From Candidatus Saccharimonadia bacterium (lineage in GTDB: Bacteria; Patescibacteriota; Saccharimonadia; CAILAD01; CAZGYV01): a stretch of DNA of 64,000 nt. Positions 29,749-39,022 of the stretch are shown one piece after another. The stretch covers positions 15,534-79,533 of the forward strand of contig JAYRII010000015.1 of NCBI GenBank assembly GCA_041906885.1, in the 5' to 3' direction. A program made the translations under genes and the position numbers. A model generated the notes under the pieces. It ran no database searches. It saw only the letters and a program-made list of their open reading frames with translations, and was not told the origin of the DNA. Each line of letters opens with the position of its first letter. Position 1 is the first letter of the stretch.

Positions 29749-31818
29749 ATGAATAAAAAACTCCTCACCAGAGTTGCAAAATTAATACCCGTCGCACAAA
29801 AGCACAAAACTCTGCCGAGCTTAGCTTTTGTTTATCACTTCGAGCCGCCGGTTGATGACAATCAGGAACTAGGCAGTTTTCTAGTAGTTATCGAAGTTAT
29901 GGGCAAACAATCTTTGGCTGGGCAGATTATTGATCAGATTATTAAAACAGTAGGTGAAAAATACTACAATGACGAATATAAGGGTGAGCCAGCCGAACGA
30001 TTTGAGAATGCATTGTCTGAAGTCAATAAAAACATCGCCGGCCTACTCAAGAGCAAGCACGCCGAAATCGCACGCAAAATAAGTGCCGTCGTGGCAATTC
30101 AAAATCAAAATGAACTACACGTCACTCGCTGCGGCAAAGCAGCCGCCTATCTTTACCGCGACAACGAAGCCACCAATATCACTAACGATCTAGATGACCC
30201 AAAAAATAACAACAAGCTATTTAGCGACATCGCCAGCGGCAGTCTACAAGCTAAAGACAAAATACTCTTAGCCACGCCGGCCGTTTTCTTTCAATACCCC
30301 AAGGATCAACTTAATAATTTAGTTCAAGATAATTCACCCAGTACAACCGTTGCGAAAATGTCAGCCGCCTTATCAGGTCATGATAACGCTAATCGCTGCG
30401 GTGCTATTATTGTCGAGCTGCTGACTCACCAGATGGCAGCAGAAGAAACATTGCCAGACGAGCCAGAAGAAGCTCTATCTGGCACACCGACTACACCAAT
30501 TAAAGCCGCCAAAGAAATTGCTTTGCCAGCTAGCCAAAAAGCGGTCGACAAAGGTAAAGCTTTCGCCAAAAAGTCAGCCGACTGGACTAAAAATAAAGCC
30601 GTTCCCAAAGTCCGCCACCACGCCAGGAAGGGCTGGAATCATGTCTGGATCAACTACATCAACCCCAACCCCCGCCTGGCCCTGTCAGTTGCTATTGGTG
30701 TAACTGCTATCCTGATTGGCCTCTTTATATTTATCGGCCAAAGTCATACTGTTAATAAGGAATCGATTACGAGTTTCAAAGAAGCTATTGCCCTAACCGA
30801 TAGTGCTGAAGCTAAGCTCAGCTTAGGTGATAAAATAACCGCCCAAGAATCGCTTGATTCGGCAAAGTCCAAACTAAATGCGATCGAAAAGACCGAGAGC
30901 GCTAAGTCGATCGATAAGGCTGTTGCCAGTGACGATGATCTCAAAAGCCGCTCCATTACTTTCGCTGGCCTGTTAGCCAAGATTAGCCAGCTGAGTGATA
31001 AAGTGGCCGGTATCACTCGAGTGGGTAGCGAAACTGTGATTGATTTTTCGAGCAATAAAACGCTTGAGCTCGGGCCGATCACTCTTCTTGGCGACTCGCT
31101 TTATGCTGTCAATCTCACTGACGGTAGCTTGCACCAGATAAATACCACCGCCAAATCAGAGCAAAAAGTCGCCTCCAACGAGTCTTTGAAAAAGACCATC
31201 ACCTCGACTCAAAGCTACAACAAAGATGCCATATTTTTACTGACCAGCCAGCCGTCCGTCTTGCAATTTAAATCTGATACTATCTCAGACACCAAGCTCA
31301 GCGCTGGCACGTGGGAGAATGGCACTGATATTGCCAGCTACACCAGCAATCTGTACGTTCTCTCACCCTCCACCAAGCAAGTCTACCGCCACACCAAGAC
31401 CGGCTCCGGCTTCGGAGCTAAGACAAGCTATATTAAGACGACTGATGATGCTAATCTCGAGAATTCAACTAGTCTGATCGTTAACGGCAGCGTTGTGGTC
31501 GGCAACAAAGATGGCTCGCTTAATCTATTTTTTAATGGCGCCCAGAAGCCATTTGAGGTTAAAGAATTACCCAAGAATATCAAAATTGGCGAGATTAAGA
31601 AGATAATCTGGGAGCCGAAAAGCGAACAACTTTACATCTTAAGTAAAGATGGGCAGAAAATCACCGTACTTCTTATCAATAACGACTCCGGCGCTACTTA
31701 CACCAAGCAATATGCTCTCGGGTCCGGCACGTCGGCCATCACTAGCTTCACCGTTAATGGGGACAAGGGCCTGATCTACGCCGCTAGCGGCAAGAAGATT
31801 ATTAGCTTCAAGCAGTAG
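29749..31818 (+). CDS. Hypothetical bitopic membrane protein: ~300-aa cytoplasmic N-domain, one TM helix, and a ~350-aa repeat-rich (beta-propeller-like) extracellular domain.
   Basis: A 689-aa ORF with a hydrophobic LALSVAIGVTAILIGLFIFIG segment, recurring LY(I/V)LS repeats, and no recognisable catalytic motif. Confidence 0.5.
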   Translation: MNKKLLTRVAKLIPVAQKHKTLPSLAFVYHFEPPVDDNQELGSFLVVIEVMGKQSLAGQIIDQIIKTVGEKYYNDEYKGEPAERFENALSEVNKNIAGLLKSKHAEIARKISAVVAIQNQNELHVTRCGKAAAYLYRDNEATNITNDLDDPKNNNKLFSDIASGSLQAKDKILLATPAVFFQYPKDQLNNLVQDNSPSTTVAKMSAALSGHDNANRCGAIIVELLTHQMAAEETLPDEPEEALSGTPTTPIKAAKEIALPASQKAVDKGKAFAKKSADWTKNKAVPKVRHHARKGWNHVWINYINPNPRLALSVAIGVTAILIGLFIFIGQSHTVNKESITSFKEAIALTDSAEAKLSLGDKITAQESLDSAKSKLNAIEKTESAKSIDKAVASDDDLKSRSITFAGLLAKISQLSDKVAGITRVGSETVIDFSSNKTLELGPITLLGDSLYAVNLTDGSLHQINTTAKSEQKVASNESLKKTITSTQSYNKDAIFLLTSQPSVLQFKSDTISDTKLSAGTWENGTDIASYTSNLYVLSPSTKQVYRHTKTGSGFGAKTSYIKTTDDANLENSTSLIVNGSVVVGNKDGSLNLFFNGAQKPFEVKELPKNIKIGEIKKIIWEPKSEQLYILSKDGQKITVLLINNDSGATYTKQYALGSGTSAITSFTVNGDKGLIYAASGKKIISFKQ

Positions 31819-31827
31819 CTCGTAAGC

Positions 31828-33447
31828 CTACATCTTCTCCTGCGGAACGACACCAAGCAGCTTAAAGATCACATCGCACTGCTCGATATACTTAGTTATT
31901 AGCGCTAATTTACTCTCGGCCTCACCCTGCTCCAGCTTAATTATTCGCTCTGATTCATAGTATTCATGGAAAGTTTGAGCGAGCTGCGTAAAAACATGCA
32001 CCAGATTATGAACTTTATAATTCGTTGTAATATTTACAATAATCTCATGAACCTCATCAATTTTTTTGAGTAGTTCAATTTCCTTTTGAGTCAGTTCGTG
32101 CGTGATATTACCAGCCGGCCTGAGACTTGCTTCACCGGCCGCTTTTAAGATCGAATGAGCCCGAGCAAAGGCATACATAGTATAAAAAACGGGGTTATTT
32201 TTGGTCCTCTCCCGAGCAATATCGAGATCAAATACCATATGCGTACTGATGTCATGACTGGCAAAAAAGAATCGAGCCACATCACTCGGCACCTCCTCAA
32301 AGAGATGCTCTATCTCAACATAATTTCCAGCCCGTTTGCTCATTTTGACCTCTTTACCAGCCTGAACTAGCCTGACCATCTGAACTGTTAAGATTTCGAG
32401 ATTATCATAGCCCAGGAATGCCAGAGTTTTAATTAGCCGCTTAGCGTGTCCATGATGATCAGCCCCAAAAATTGACACCGCTTTAGCAAATTTACGCTTC
32501 TTAAGCTTATCAAGCTGATAACTAATGTCCGACAAGAAATATGTTCCAACCCCGCTAGCACGAACCAAGACTTCATCTTTTTCGATGCCAACCTTCTCAC
32601 CATCAAGCCAGGTCGCACCATCATATTTTTTCAAGATGCCCTTCTGCTCAAGTCGCTTAATGGTCGTTTCATTATCGAGCTGGCTCTCCGAGAAAAAGCC
32701 GTCAAAGGCGACATTGAGTCGCGCCAAAGATGGCTTAATGAAGTCCTCCAGCATGAAATCGGCCGCTTTCTGGCCAACTTCAGCTGCCTTAAGACTAGTA
32801 GCTCGCTCTGGCGTGCCATATTCCTGACTGATTTTCTCTGCCACCACTTTTATGTAGTCACCGGGATAGAAATTTGCCTTCTCTGCAGTGGTGAATTCCT
32901 TACCTAGAGTAGCCTGGATCGACTTGCCTAAATTCTCGATCTGCAGGCCAATGTTGTTGACGTAATATTCACGGGTCACCGTATAGCCCTGGCTGGCTAG
33001 AATATTGCCGAGCACGTCGCCATAGTAAGCCGCCCAAGCGTTGACCAACACCAGCGGGCCAGTCGGATTAGCTGAGACGAATTCCAGATTGACTGACTGG
33101 CCTTTACCCATATCTGATTTGATAAAATCAGGCTCAAGGCCGCCAGCAAAGTCACGCCAGATTGTAGGCTCTAGCGTAATATTGATAAACCCTGGCCCGG
33201 CAGTCTCAGCTTTTTGGATGGTTTTATCGGCCTTGAGAATTTTTGCCAACGAATCGGCCACCTCACTAGGTTTCAAGCCCAGCGTTTTAGCACTTCTAAG
33301 CGCGATATTACTGGCAAAATCACCAAACTTCGGCTCTGCTAAGCTGATTGTATCATCCACCCTAAAATCAGGCTCTCCGTAAGCCTGGCGATAAGCCGCC
33401 TCTATGATGCTAGTCAGTTCTGTTTTGACCGTCTTCATTGCCTGCAA
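31828..33447 (-). CDS. argS: Arginine--tRNA ligase with an atypical HIGH region.
   Basis: Arg_tRNA_synt_N-like N-terminus, class I core, KMSKRAGNYV, and a DALR anticodon-binding C-terminus. The canonical P-T-G-P-L-H-V-G-H position reads PTGPLVLVNAW. Confidence 0.85.
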   Translation of the reverse strand: MQAMKTVKTELTSIIEAAYRQAYGEPDFRVDDTISLAEPKFGDFASNIALRSAKTLGLKPSEVADSLAKILKADKTIQKAETAGPGFINITLEPTIWRDFAGGLEPDFIKSDMGKGQSVNLEFVSANPTGPLVLVNAWAAYYGDVLGNILASQGYTVTREYYVNNIGLQIENLGKSIQATLGKEFTTAEKANFYPGDYIKVVAEKISQEYGTPERATSLKAAEVGQKAADFMLEDFIKPSLARLNVAFDGFFSESQLDNETTIKRLEQKGILKKYDGATWLDGEKVGIEKDEVLVRASGVGTYFLSDISYQLDKLKKRKFAKAVSIFGADHHGHAKRLIKTLAFLGYDNLEILTVQMVRLVQAGKEVKMSKRAGNYVEIEHLFEEVPSDVARFFFASHDISTHMVFDLDIARERTKNNPVFYTMYAFARAHSILKAAGEASLRPAGNITHELTQKEIELLKKIDEVHEIIVNITTNYKVHNLVHVFTQLAQTFHEYYESERIIKLEQGEAESKLALITKYIEQCDVIFKLLGVVPQEKM

Positions 33448-33485
33448 TTATACCTTACGAGCCAGCTTTGAGCTATAATAACAGC

Positions 33486-33938
33486 ATGAAAATCGTAGCC
33501 AAAAACAAGCGAGCAACCTACGACTACGATATCGCCGAGCGAATCGTGGCCGGTATCGTGCTGGCCGGACACGAGGTCAAGAGTGTCAAGGCCGGCCACA
33601 TCAGCCTCAAGGGCAGCTTCATCGCCATTAAGAGCGCCGAGGCCTATTTGGTGGGCGCCCACATTACCCAGTACAAGCACTCTGCCAACATCAAAGACTA
33701 CGATCCGGTCCAGAGTCGCAAAATATTGCTCCATCGCCGCCAGATTGATCAGATTATCGGGGCTATCCAGTCACAGGGCATGACGGTGGTGCCAATCGCG
33801 GTCGGCATCGAGCGTGGGCTGATCAAAGTCGAGATCGGTATCGGCCGCGGTAAGAAGCGATACGACAAGCGTGAGACGATCAAAAAGCGCGACATGTTAC
33901 GCGACGCCGGCCGTGATATCAGGAGTAAAGAGAAATAA
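33486..33938 (+). CDS. smpB: SsrA-binding protein SmpB
   Basis: MKIVAKNKRATYDYDI.. matches the SmpB N-terminus. The track ORF starts at 33438, which would overlap the divergent argS start, so the internal Met at 33486 is preferred. The gene is GC-rich (~60%). Confidence 0.85.
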   Translation: MKIVAKNKRATYDYDIAERIVAGIVLAGHEVKSVKAGHISLKGSFIAIKSAEAYLVGAHITQYKHSANIKDYDPVQSRKILLHRRQIDQIIGAIQSQGMTVVPIAVGIERGLIKVEIGIGRGKKRYDKRETIKKRDMLRDAGRDIRSKEK

Positions 33939-33999
33939 TATTTACATAACTTTAGTGCTGTAGCATGAAAGTAATGCAGTTTTTATAATATTGTATGCA

Positions 34000-34028
34000 A
34001 CAGAAAAGCCCCAGCTATTCACTGGGGT
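34000..34028 (-). terminator. Intrinsic terminator (ACCCCAG-TGAATAG-CTGGGGC + UUUUCUGUU on the minus strand).
   Basis: A 7-bp GC-rich stem at 34008-34028 with a U-run at 34001-34007 (minus), ~270 nt downstream of the fba stop. Confidence 0.6.
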
Positions 34029-34297
34029 CATCACCTGGGAATTATCGCCTCCCAGGTACGGTTGATACTAGCTCTTTACTAGCGTCCATTCAACCTGGAC
34101 ACCTCTAGTCTACAGACCACCAGACCACATCACACCGAGCCGGAAGGCAATGACTGCACTATATTTACCATAAGCCTTTGAAAAAACCACCTAGCCTTTT
34201 GTGGTGTATCACGCCCACGCGCAGAAGCCAAAAGGCCGTATCAATGACGGCCTCATAAGCTTAAGCTATAGTGTCGCAAAATATTTGCCCCTCGTTT

Positions 34298-35164
34298 TTA
34301 GGCCGATTTACCGCTGCTGCCAAAAGTGTCCATGTGGGCTTCGACCACCTTCTGAATGTCCTCGATGACCGGCGTCTCGAGCTTGGGCACGGCGTATTCC
34401 TTGGGATTGTCCTTGAGGGCCTGCTCTAGCCCACTGCGGAAGGCCTTGCGCATCTCTGAATTGATATTGATCTTGCTGACTCCGACTTTGACAGCTTCTT
34501 TGAAAAAGTGTGATGGTGTACCTGAGCCACCATGCAGGCTAATGTAGCAATCAAGTGCGGCTCGGATTTTAGATAGCAGCTCGATGTCGAGCTTCTTGGG
34601 CACTGGATAGAGGCCATGCAGGTTGCCGATCGAGGCGGCGAAGGTGTCGATGCCGGTGTCATTCACGAATTTGACTGCTACCTCGGGGTCAGTGAAGTGC
34701 TTGCGGATCTCAGCATAGTCAATCGTCTCCTCGTGCACATTGGAGCTGCCGGCAAAATACTCCAGCTCGCCCTCGACGAGGCAGCCGTGCTCGTGAGCGT
34801 AAGGCACAAACTCGGTCGTCATCTTCAGGATATCGTCGTAGCTGGTCTTGCCTTTGTCAGTCACATCCAAGTGAATTAGCTCGAAACCGGCCTCGACGCC
34901 TTTGCGGGCTTCCTCGACGCTGGGTGAATGGTCGAGATTGATGTAGATCTCGACTCCCTCATCGCGGGCGTTCTGCACCATATCGACGATGTTGGCATGG
35001 CCCCAAAAATCAACCTCGCCCTTACTTACTTCCACCAGTACCGGCGACTTCTTGTTTCTTGCCGCTGCCACGACAGCTTTGAAGATCTCCAGGTTATCAA
35101 TATTGAAAGCGCCAACGGCAAAGCCTTCCTTGCGTGTTCGCTGCATCAATTCTTTGTGACTCAT
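34298..35164 (-). CDS. fba: Class II fructose-bisphosphate aldolase
   Basis: 288 aa with FbaA class II signatures (..AVGAFN.. and metal-binding His residues ..HLDH.., ..HGGSG..). GC-rich. Confidence 0.9.
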   Translation of the reverse strand: MSHKELMQRTRKEGFAVGAFNIDNLEIFKAVVAAARNKKSPVLVEVSKGEVDFWGHANIVDMVQNARDEGVEIYINLDHSPSVEEARKGVEAGFELIHLDVTDKGKTSYDDILKMTTEFVPYAHEHGCLVEGELEYFAGSSNVHEETIDYAEIRKHFTDPEVAVKFVNDTGIDTFAASIGNLHGLYPVPKKLDIELLSKIRAALDCYISLHGGSGTPSHFFKEAVKVGVSKININSEMRKAFRSGLEQALKDNPKEYAVPKLETPVIEDIQKVVEAHMDTFGSSGKSA

Positions 35165-35274
35165 AATTATTGCCCCACTTAATATAACTCATCATAAGGG
35201 CTTTGGCTGTCATCTGCAATAACCTAAGAAATAATAGAATTCATAGTTATACACAACTTTTTTTGGAAAATTTG

Positions 35275-35303
35275 TTGACAAAGGTAATTCTTAAGCTATA
35301 TGA
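35275..35303 (+). promoter_or_regulatory. Sigma-70-type promoter candidate (TTGACA, 16-17 nt spacer, TATATG/ATATGA).
   Basis: Consensus -35 at 35275-35280 and a -10-like hexamer at about 35297-35303. Confidence 0.35.
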
Positions 35304-35359
35304 TAGCTTTAGTGCTGCTGCACACATAAATTACTCAAAAACAAAAACAGATACAAAAT

Positions 35360-35408
35360 AACGGGTTAGGAGAGCCAAAATTGCTCACACTAACCCGTTT
35401 ATTTTTGG
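35360..35408 (+). terminator. Leader hairpin with a U-tract (9-bp stem ACGGGTTAG/CTAACCCGT, 20-nt loop, then TTTATTTTTGG). Possible attenuator or the end of a ~100-nt sRNA upstream of the subtilase gene.
   Basis: It sits between the promoter candidate and the ATG at 35475. Confidence 0.35.
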
Positions 35409-35474
35409 CCAAATAATTATTGTTCTTTAATTTTAGAACTGATAGAATAACCTTAAGCATTTATCAATAAAGAT

Positions 35475-37217
35475 ATGTTTAAAACACCAAAACAAAAATT
35501 AATCATTATTATCTCGCTGGCGACACTTCTAGTCGGAGGTGTTTTTTTGTTTGGCGCGCAGCACTCGATTAGCCCACTCCAGCCTGCTGCCACTTTGCCG
35601 GCCTCAGACAATGTCGCAGTTGTTGATGTCACTACGCCTCAGCCACTTCCAGCCAAGCAGCCACCGAGCTCGCCTACCCCAAAAGCTCAGCACAGCAGCT
35701 CCAGCATCGTGCGCTTTGATTCGGCGGCCAGCCAACAGAACTTTATCACCGCTAATAGCCTGAGCTCGGGCGATCTAGAGCAGCTAACCAGTCTCGACGC
35801 CTACCGGATCGAGCGCGACAGTGCCAGCCTGACCACGACCGTTGGCTCGGCGACCTACCCTAATATTCGTTACACTGCCCAATCTACACCCAATGATCCT
35901 GACTACACGACGCAGTGGTACGCACCCAAAGTCAATCAGCCATCGGCCTGGGATCTGACAACCGGCATCAACTCCACCACCGTAGCGGTGATCGATACCG
36001 GCTTTGCTCTAGCGCACGTTGACTTTGCCGGTCGCTGGAGCACCAACAGTGGTGAAATGGGCCCGACTGCCTCTCAAGGCCCAGCACCAAACTGCACTAG
36101 CCGCGGCCTCGCGCTCGACAAGAGCTGCAACAACCTTGACGACGACGGCAACGGCCTCAAGGACGACTGGCGCGGCTGGGACTTTAGTGCCGGCGACAAC
36201 AGCCCACAGGCTGGCTCGACTAATCCGTCGAGTAGTGCACTCGGCCACGGCAGTCTGGTGACCGGTCTGATTGGTGCCACCGGTAATAATGGTGTCGGTA
36301 TCGCTGGAGCCAATTGGAACGCTAAGCTCTTACCTCTCCAGGCGCTTGATGATGATGGTGTTGGCTACACCGACACTGTCGCCAGTGCCGTTCACTACGC
36401 CGCCGATCGCGGCGCCAAGGTGATAAATTTGAGCCTTGGCGCTGACAGCGAAGATATCCTACTAAAAGCCGAGGTTGACCGAGCTATCTCGATGGGTGCA
36501 ATCGTAGTAGCAGCAGCCGGCAACACAAACTGTGGCTGCCTGCTCTACCCAGCTAATTATCCGGATGTCATTGCAGTAGGTGCCTCGGACTCAAGTGACA
36601 ATCGCGCCAGTTGGTCGACTTATGGTGCCAATCTCGATCTGGTCGCACCAGGCACGGGCATTTGCTCCGACAACTGGTCCCAGGCTAATCAGACTAGTTT
36701 AGTAACCTGTGGTCACGCTGGTACCTCATTCGCCACTCCGATCGTCAGCGGTGCTATCAGTCTGATGCTGGCTCGCGCGCCGGATCTGGTGGCCAGTGAC
36801 ATCAATCGCATTCTCGCCCAGACCAGCACCACCGCCACTTCGTTTAATATTTATACCGGCTTTGGCCGGCTCGATGCTTACCAAGCAGTGCTAGCAGCCT
36901 CGCTTAGCACGCCGTCCGGGCAAGTTACAAATAAGCATGTGACGTACTTGGGCAATGGCTCGTCGCTGGCTCTTGGGCCTCTTATGAACAGCACCTGTGT
37001 GACATTGCCGGCCGCTAGCTGTGAGCTCAAGCTGACCGGGCCGTCCAGCCAAGTCGTTAGCCTCGGCACTAAGCCGGCTGATTCCGAGGGCGTGGCGAGC
37101 TTTTACTGGAACGCCCAGACTCTAGGCCTTGCCACCGGCCTCTGGCGCATCGACGCCATTGCCTCATACAACGGTCAAACTACCACGCAGACCGATTACG
37201 TGACAGTGCACCCGTAG
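35475..37217 (+). CDS. Secreted subtilisin-like serine protease (peptidase S8) with an N-terminal signal-anchor.
   Basis: Asp (VAVIDTGF), His (HGSLVTG) and Ser (GTSFATPIVSG) catalytic motifs; 580 aa; ~60% GC. Confidence 0.85.
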   Translation: MFKTPKQKLIIIISLATLLVGGVFLFGAQHSISPLQPAATLPASDNVAVVDVTTPQPLPAKQPPSSPTPKAQHSSSSIVRFDSAASQQNFITANSLSSGDLEQLTSLDAYRIERDSASLTTTVGSATYPNIRYTAQSTPNDPDYTTQWYAPKVNQPSAWDLTTGINSTTVAVIDTGFALAHVDFAGRWSTNSGEMGPTASQGPAPNCTSRGLALDKSCNNLDDDGNGLKDDWRGWDFSAGDNSPQAGSTNPSSSALGHGSLVTGLIGATGNNGVGIAGANWNAKLLPLQALDDDGVGYTDTVASAVHYAADRGAKVINLSLGADSEDILLKAEVDRAISMGAIVVAAAGNTNCGCLLYPANYPDVIAVGASDSSDNRASWSTYGANLDLVAPGTGICSDNWSQANQTSLVTCGHAGTSFATPIVSGAISLMLARAPDLVASDINRILAQTSTTATSFNIYTGFGRLDAYQAVLAASLSTPSGQVTNKHVTYLGNGSSLALGPLMNSTCVTLPAASCELKLTGPSSQVVSLGTKPADSEGVASFYWNAQTLGLATGLWRIDAIASYNGQTTTQTDYVTVHP

Positions 37218-37240
37218 AAATAATATTGGTAAAAGTTGAA

Positions 37241-37268
37241 GGAGCTTGACGGTTACCCGTCAAGCTCC
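37241..37268. terminator. Bidirectional terminator hairpin between convergent genes (GGAGCTTGACGG-TTAC-CCGTCAAGCTCC).
   Basis: A perfect 12-bp stem. Confidence 0.55.
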
Positions 37269-37293
37269 TTGTCACCAATTTGGTAATCTACAC

Positions 37294-38802
37294 TTAATGA
37301 GCAGTCACGAATTCTATATTCGCAAGCTCTTGCACTATCTGTACTTGCAGCTCTTCGTCTCCCAACTCACGGAAGGCTTTGGATCCGGCCAAATAAATGG
37401 CTATCTTAATCAGCTTAGAGTTGTAGCTCGGCTTCTCAGGCTTCACTTCGCTTGAAACAGCACTGCTTGAGATTGGTACTGCTGGCACATCCTGACGCAC
37501 ACCTTTATAGACCTGCTCATCTATTGAACTAGCCTGTTCAACCACCTTGTCGAGCAACTTGCCCTCGCTAGTACTAGTAGTAGGTGGCTGACTGTGACCG
37601 TTGCCGTTCTGGGGCAGTGGCGGATTCACCGGTTTTGACATTGCTGCCAAATTACTACTATAGCCACTGCTTTCAGTGTTTTCCTCATCCTCACGCACGT
37701 CTCTAGATCCCTTAATACTTGAAGTGTCCTTGAGCTTAGCAAGAGCCTGCTTGACGTCTTCTAAGCGATATAGGTTTGCAGGGCCATACGAATGAGCAGC
37801 CTCAAGCCCGACAGCCTGGAGCTGCTTGAAATAAGCCGAAGGGTTGCTATGAGTTATTCCAAGCTCTGCTAGCGCCATTCTTGTAGTAACAAGGCCACGC
37901 CTTTTGGCTTCGACCTCAATCTGGGCTTGTGATATACCTGGCATTTGCCTTGCTCCTTGTTCGCTGTTCAGTACCGACAGATCAACTTGCCGATAATCTT
38001 CCAGAATATCAAGATGCTCAACCCGCAACTGCTCCAAGGCAATAGCTTCAAGCTGACGCACTCTTTCATCAGAAATTCTTAGCTTGACGCCTATCTCTCG
38101 AAGCTTCTTTGGCTGACCATCAATTAAGCCAAAACGGTAGCGCAATATTTTAGCTTCTCTGTCTGGTAGATGGCCTAATACATGATCTATTTTCTGTCTG
38201 ACTTCGCGGGCAGAAGCTAACTCTGCGGCGTCAATCGAAGTCTCGTCGGCAAGTAGTTCACTGTAAGTAGTGTCATTACTGCTGAGATCATCGTTATTGT
38301 ATCTGATGGTCTCATCGATTGAGAGCAAGGATTTTTTCAAATATACCAGCAGCAACTGGACTTTATCACTTGGCAGCTCGGTAAACTTCACCAGCTCACC
38401 CAGATTAGGTTCGCGTCCTTTCTCCGCTTCTAAAAGCGAATACATCCTGCGGAAATCATTTAGCTCTTTTATCACGTGACCTGGTAAGCGGATTGCTCGA
38501 GCCTTAATGTCAACTGCCCTATTGATTGATGAATTTATCCACCAGTAGGCCAAAGTTGAAAACTTATTGCCTTGCTCTGGATCGAACTTATCTATAGCCG
38601 AGAGAAGACCGAGCATACCCTCTTGGACCAAATCATCATACTCTAGGCCACTCTGCCTATATCGATTGGCAATCTTGTGCACCATACGCACGTTACAGTT
38701 GATGAACCAATCAAGCGCATTTGCGTCACCTGCGCGGATTTTGTGGATGAGGCGCTTTTCTTCTTCGGCAGTCAGTAGTGGATACTTCTGCTTTTTTGGC
38801 AC
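37294..38802 (-). CDS. RpoD-like sigma-70 factor (regions 1.2-4.2) with a ~250-aa C-terminal extension.
   Basis: PLLTAEEEKRLIHKIRAGD (region 1.2/2.1), region 2.x DLVQEGMLGLLSAIDKFD, and the region 4.2 HTH ..LREIGVKLRISDERVRQLEAIAL... The following ~250 aa resemble no sigma region. Confidence 0.8.
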   Translation of the reverse strand: MPKKQKYPLLTAEEEKRLIHKIRAGDANALDWFINCNVRMVHKIANRYRQSGLEYDDLVQEGMLGLLSAIDKFDPEQGNKFSTLAYWWINSSINRAVDIKARAIRLPGHVIKELNDFRRMYSLLEAEKGREPNLGELVKFTELPSDKVQLLLVYLKKSLLSIDETIRYNNDDLSSNDTTYSELLADETSIDAAELASAREVRQKIDHVLGHLPDREAKILRYRFGLIDGQPKKLREIGVKLRISDERVRQLEAIALEQLRVEHLDILEDYRQVDLSVLNSEQGARQMPGISQAQIEVEAKRRGLVTTRMALAELGITHSNPSAYFKQLQAVGLEAAHSYGPANLYRLEDVKQALAKLKDTSSIKGSRDVREDEENTESSGYSSNLAAMSKPVNPPLPQNGNGHSQPPTTSTSEGKLLDKVVEQASSIDEQVYKGVRQDVPAVPISSSAVSSEVKPEKPSYNSKLIKIAIYLAGSKAFRELGDEELQVQIVQELANIEFVTAH

Positions 38803-38919
38803 TAGGCAGTCCTTTCAAGTTGCAAATTTAGGTGAAACCAAATCCATCCTAAATTATTACATATCTAGTCTTCGTTCGTAAAGCTTTCGCTTGTTATGCT
38901 TAAGCTTATATTTGCCGAA

Positions 38920-38965
38920 ATCAAAAAAGACCTCCGTGAACCTGCGAAAGTCCTTTTTGGTGGAG
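38920..38965. repeat. Copy A of a 46-nt dispersed repeat (ATCAAAAAAGACCTCCGTGAACCTGCGAAAGTCCTTTTTGGTGGAG).
   Basis: It differs from copy B at 2 positions and lies ~115 nt upstream of the sigma-factor start. Confidence 0.7.
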
Positions 38966-39022
38966 TTTGGTACTACTAACCACCCCATTTTTTAATAAAG
39001 TTAAACGACCGCCAGGCTCTTA

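Noticed and set aside
33940-34300. tmRNA (ssrA) expected next to smpB.
   Set aside because: I found T-arm-like hairpins (GUCCA-GGUUGAA-UGGAC; GGCCGU-AUCAAUG-ACGGCC) but no acceptor pairing, no 3' CCA context, no resume codon or tag ORF ending in hydrophobic residues. I cannot call it without a covariance model.
36009-36313. 79-80-aa ORFs on both strands inside the subtilase gene.
   Set aside because: They are Ala/Arg-rich translations of ~60% GC DNA in a well-supported protease gene, the classic high-GC antisense artefact.
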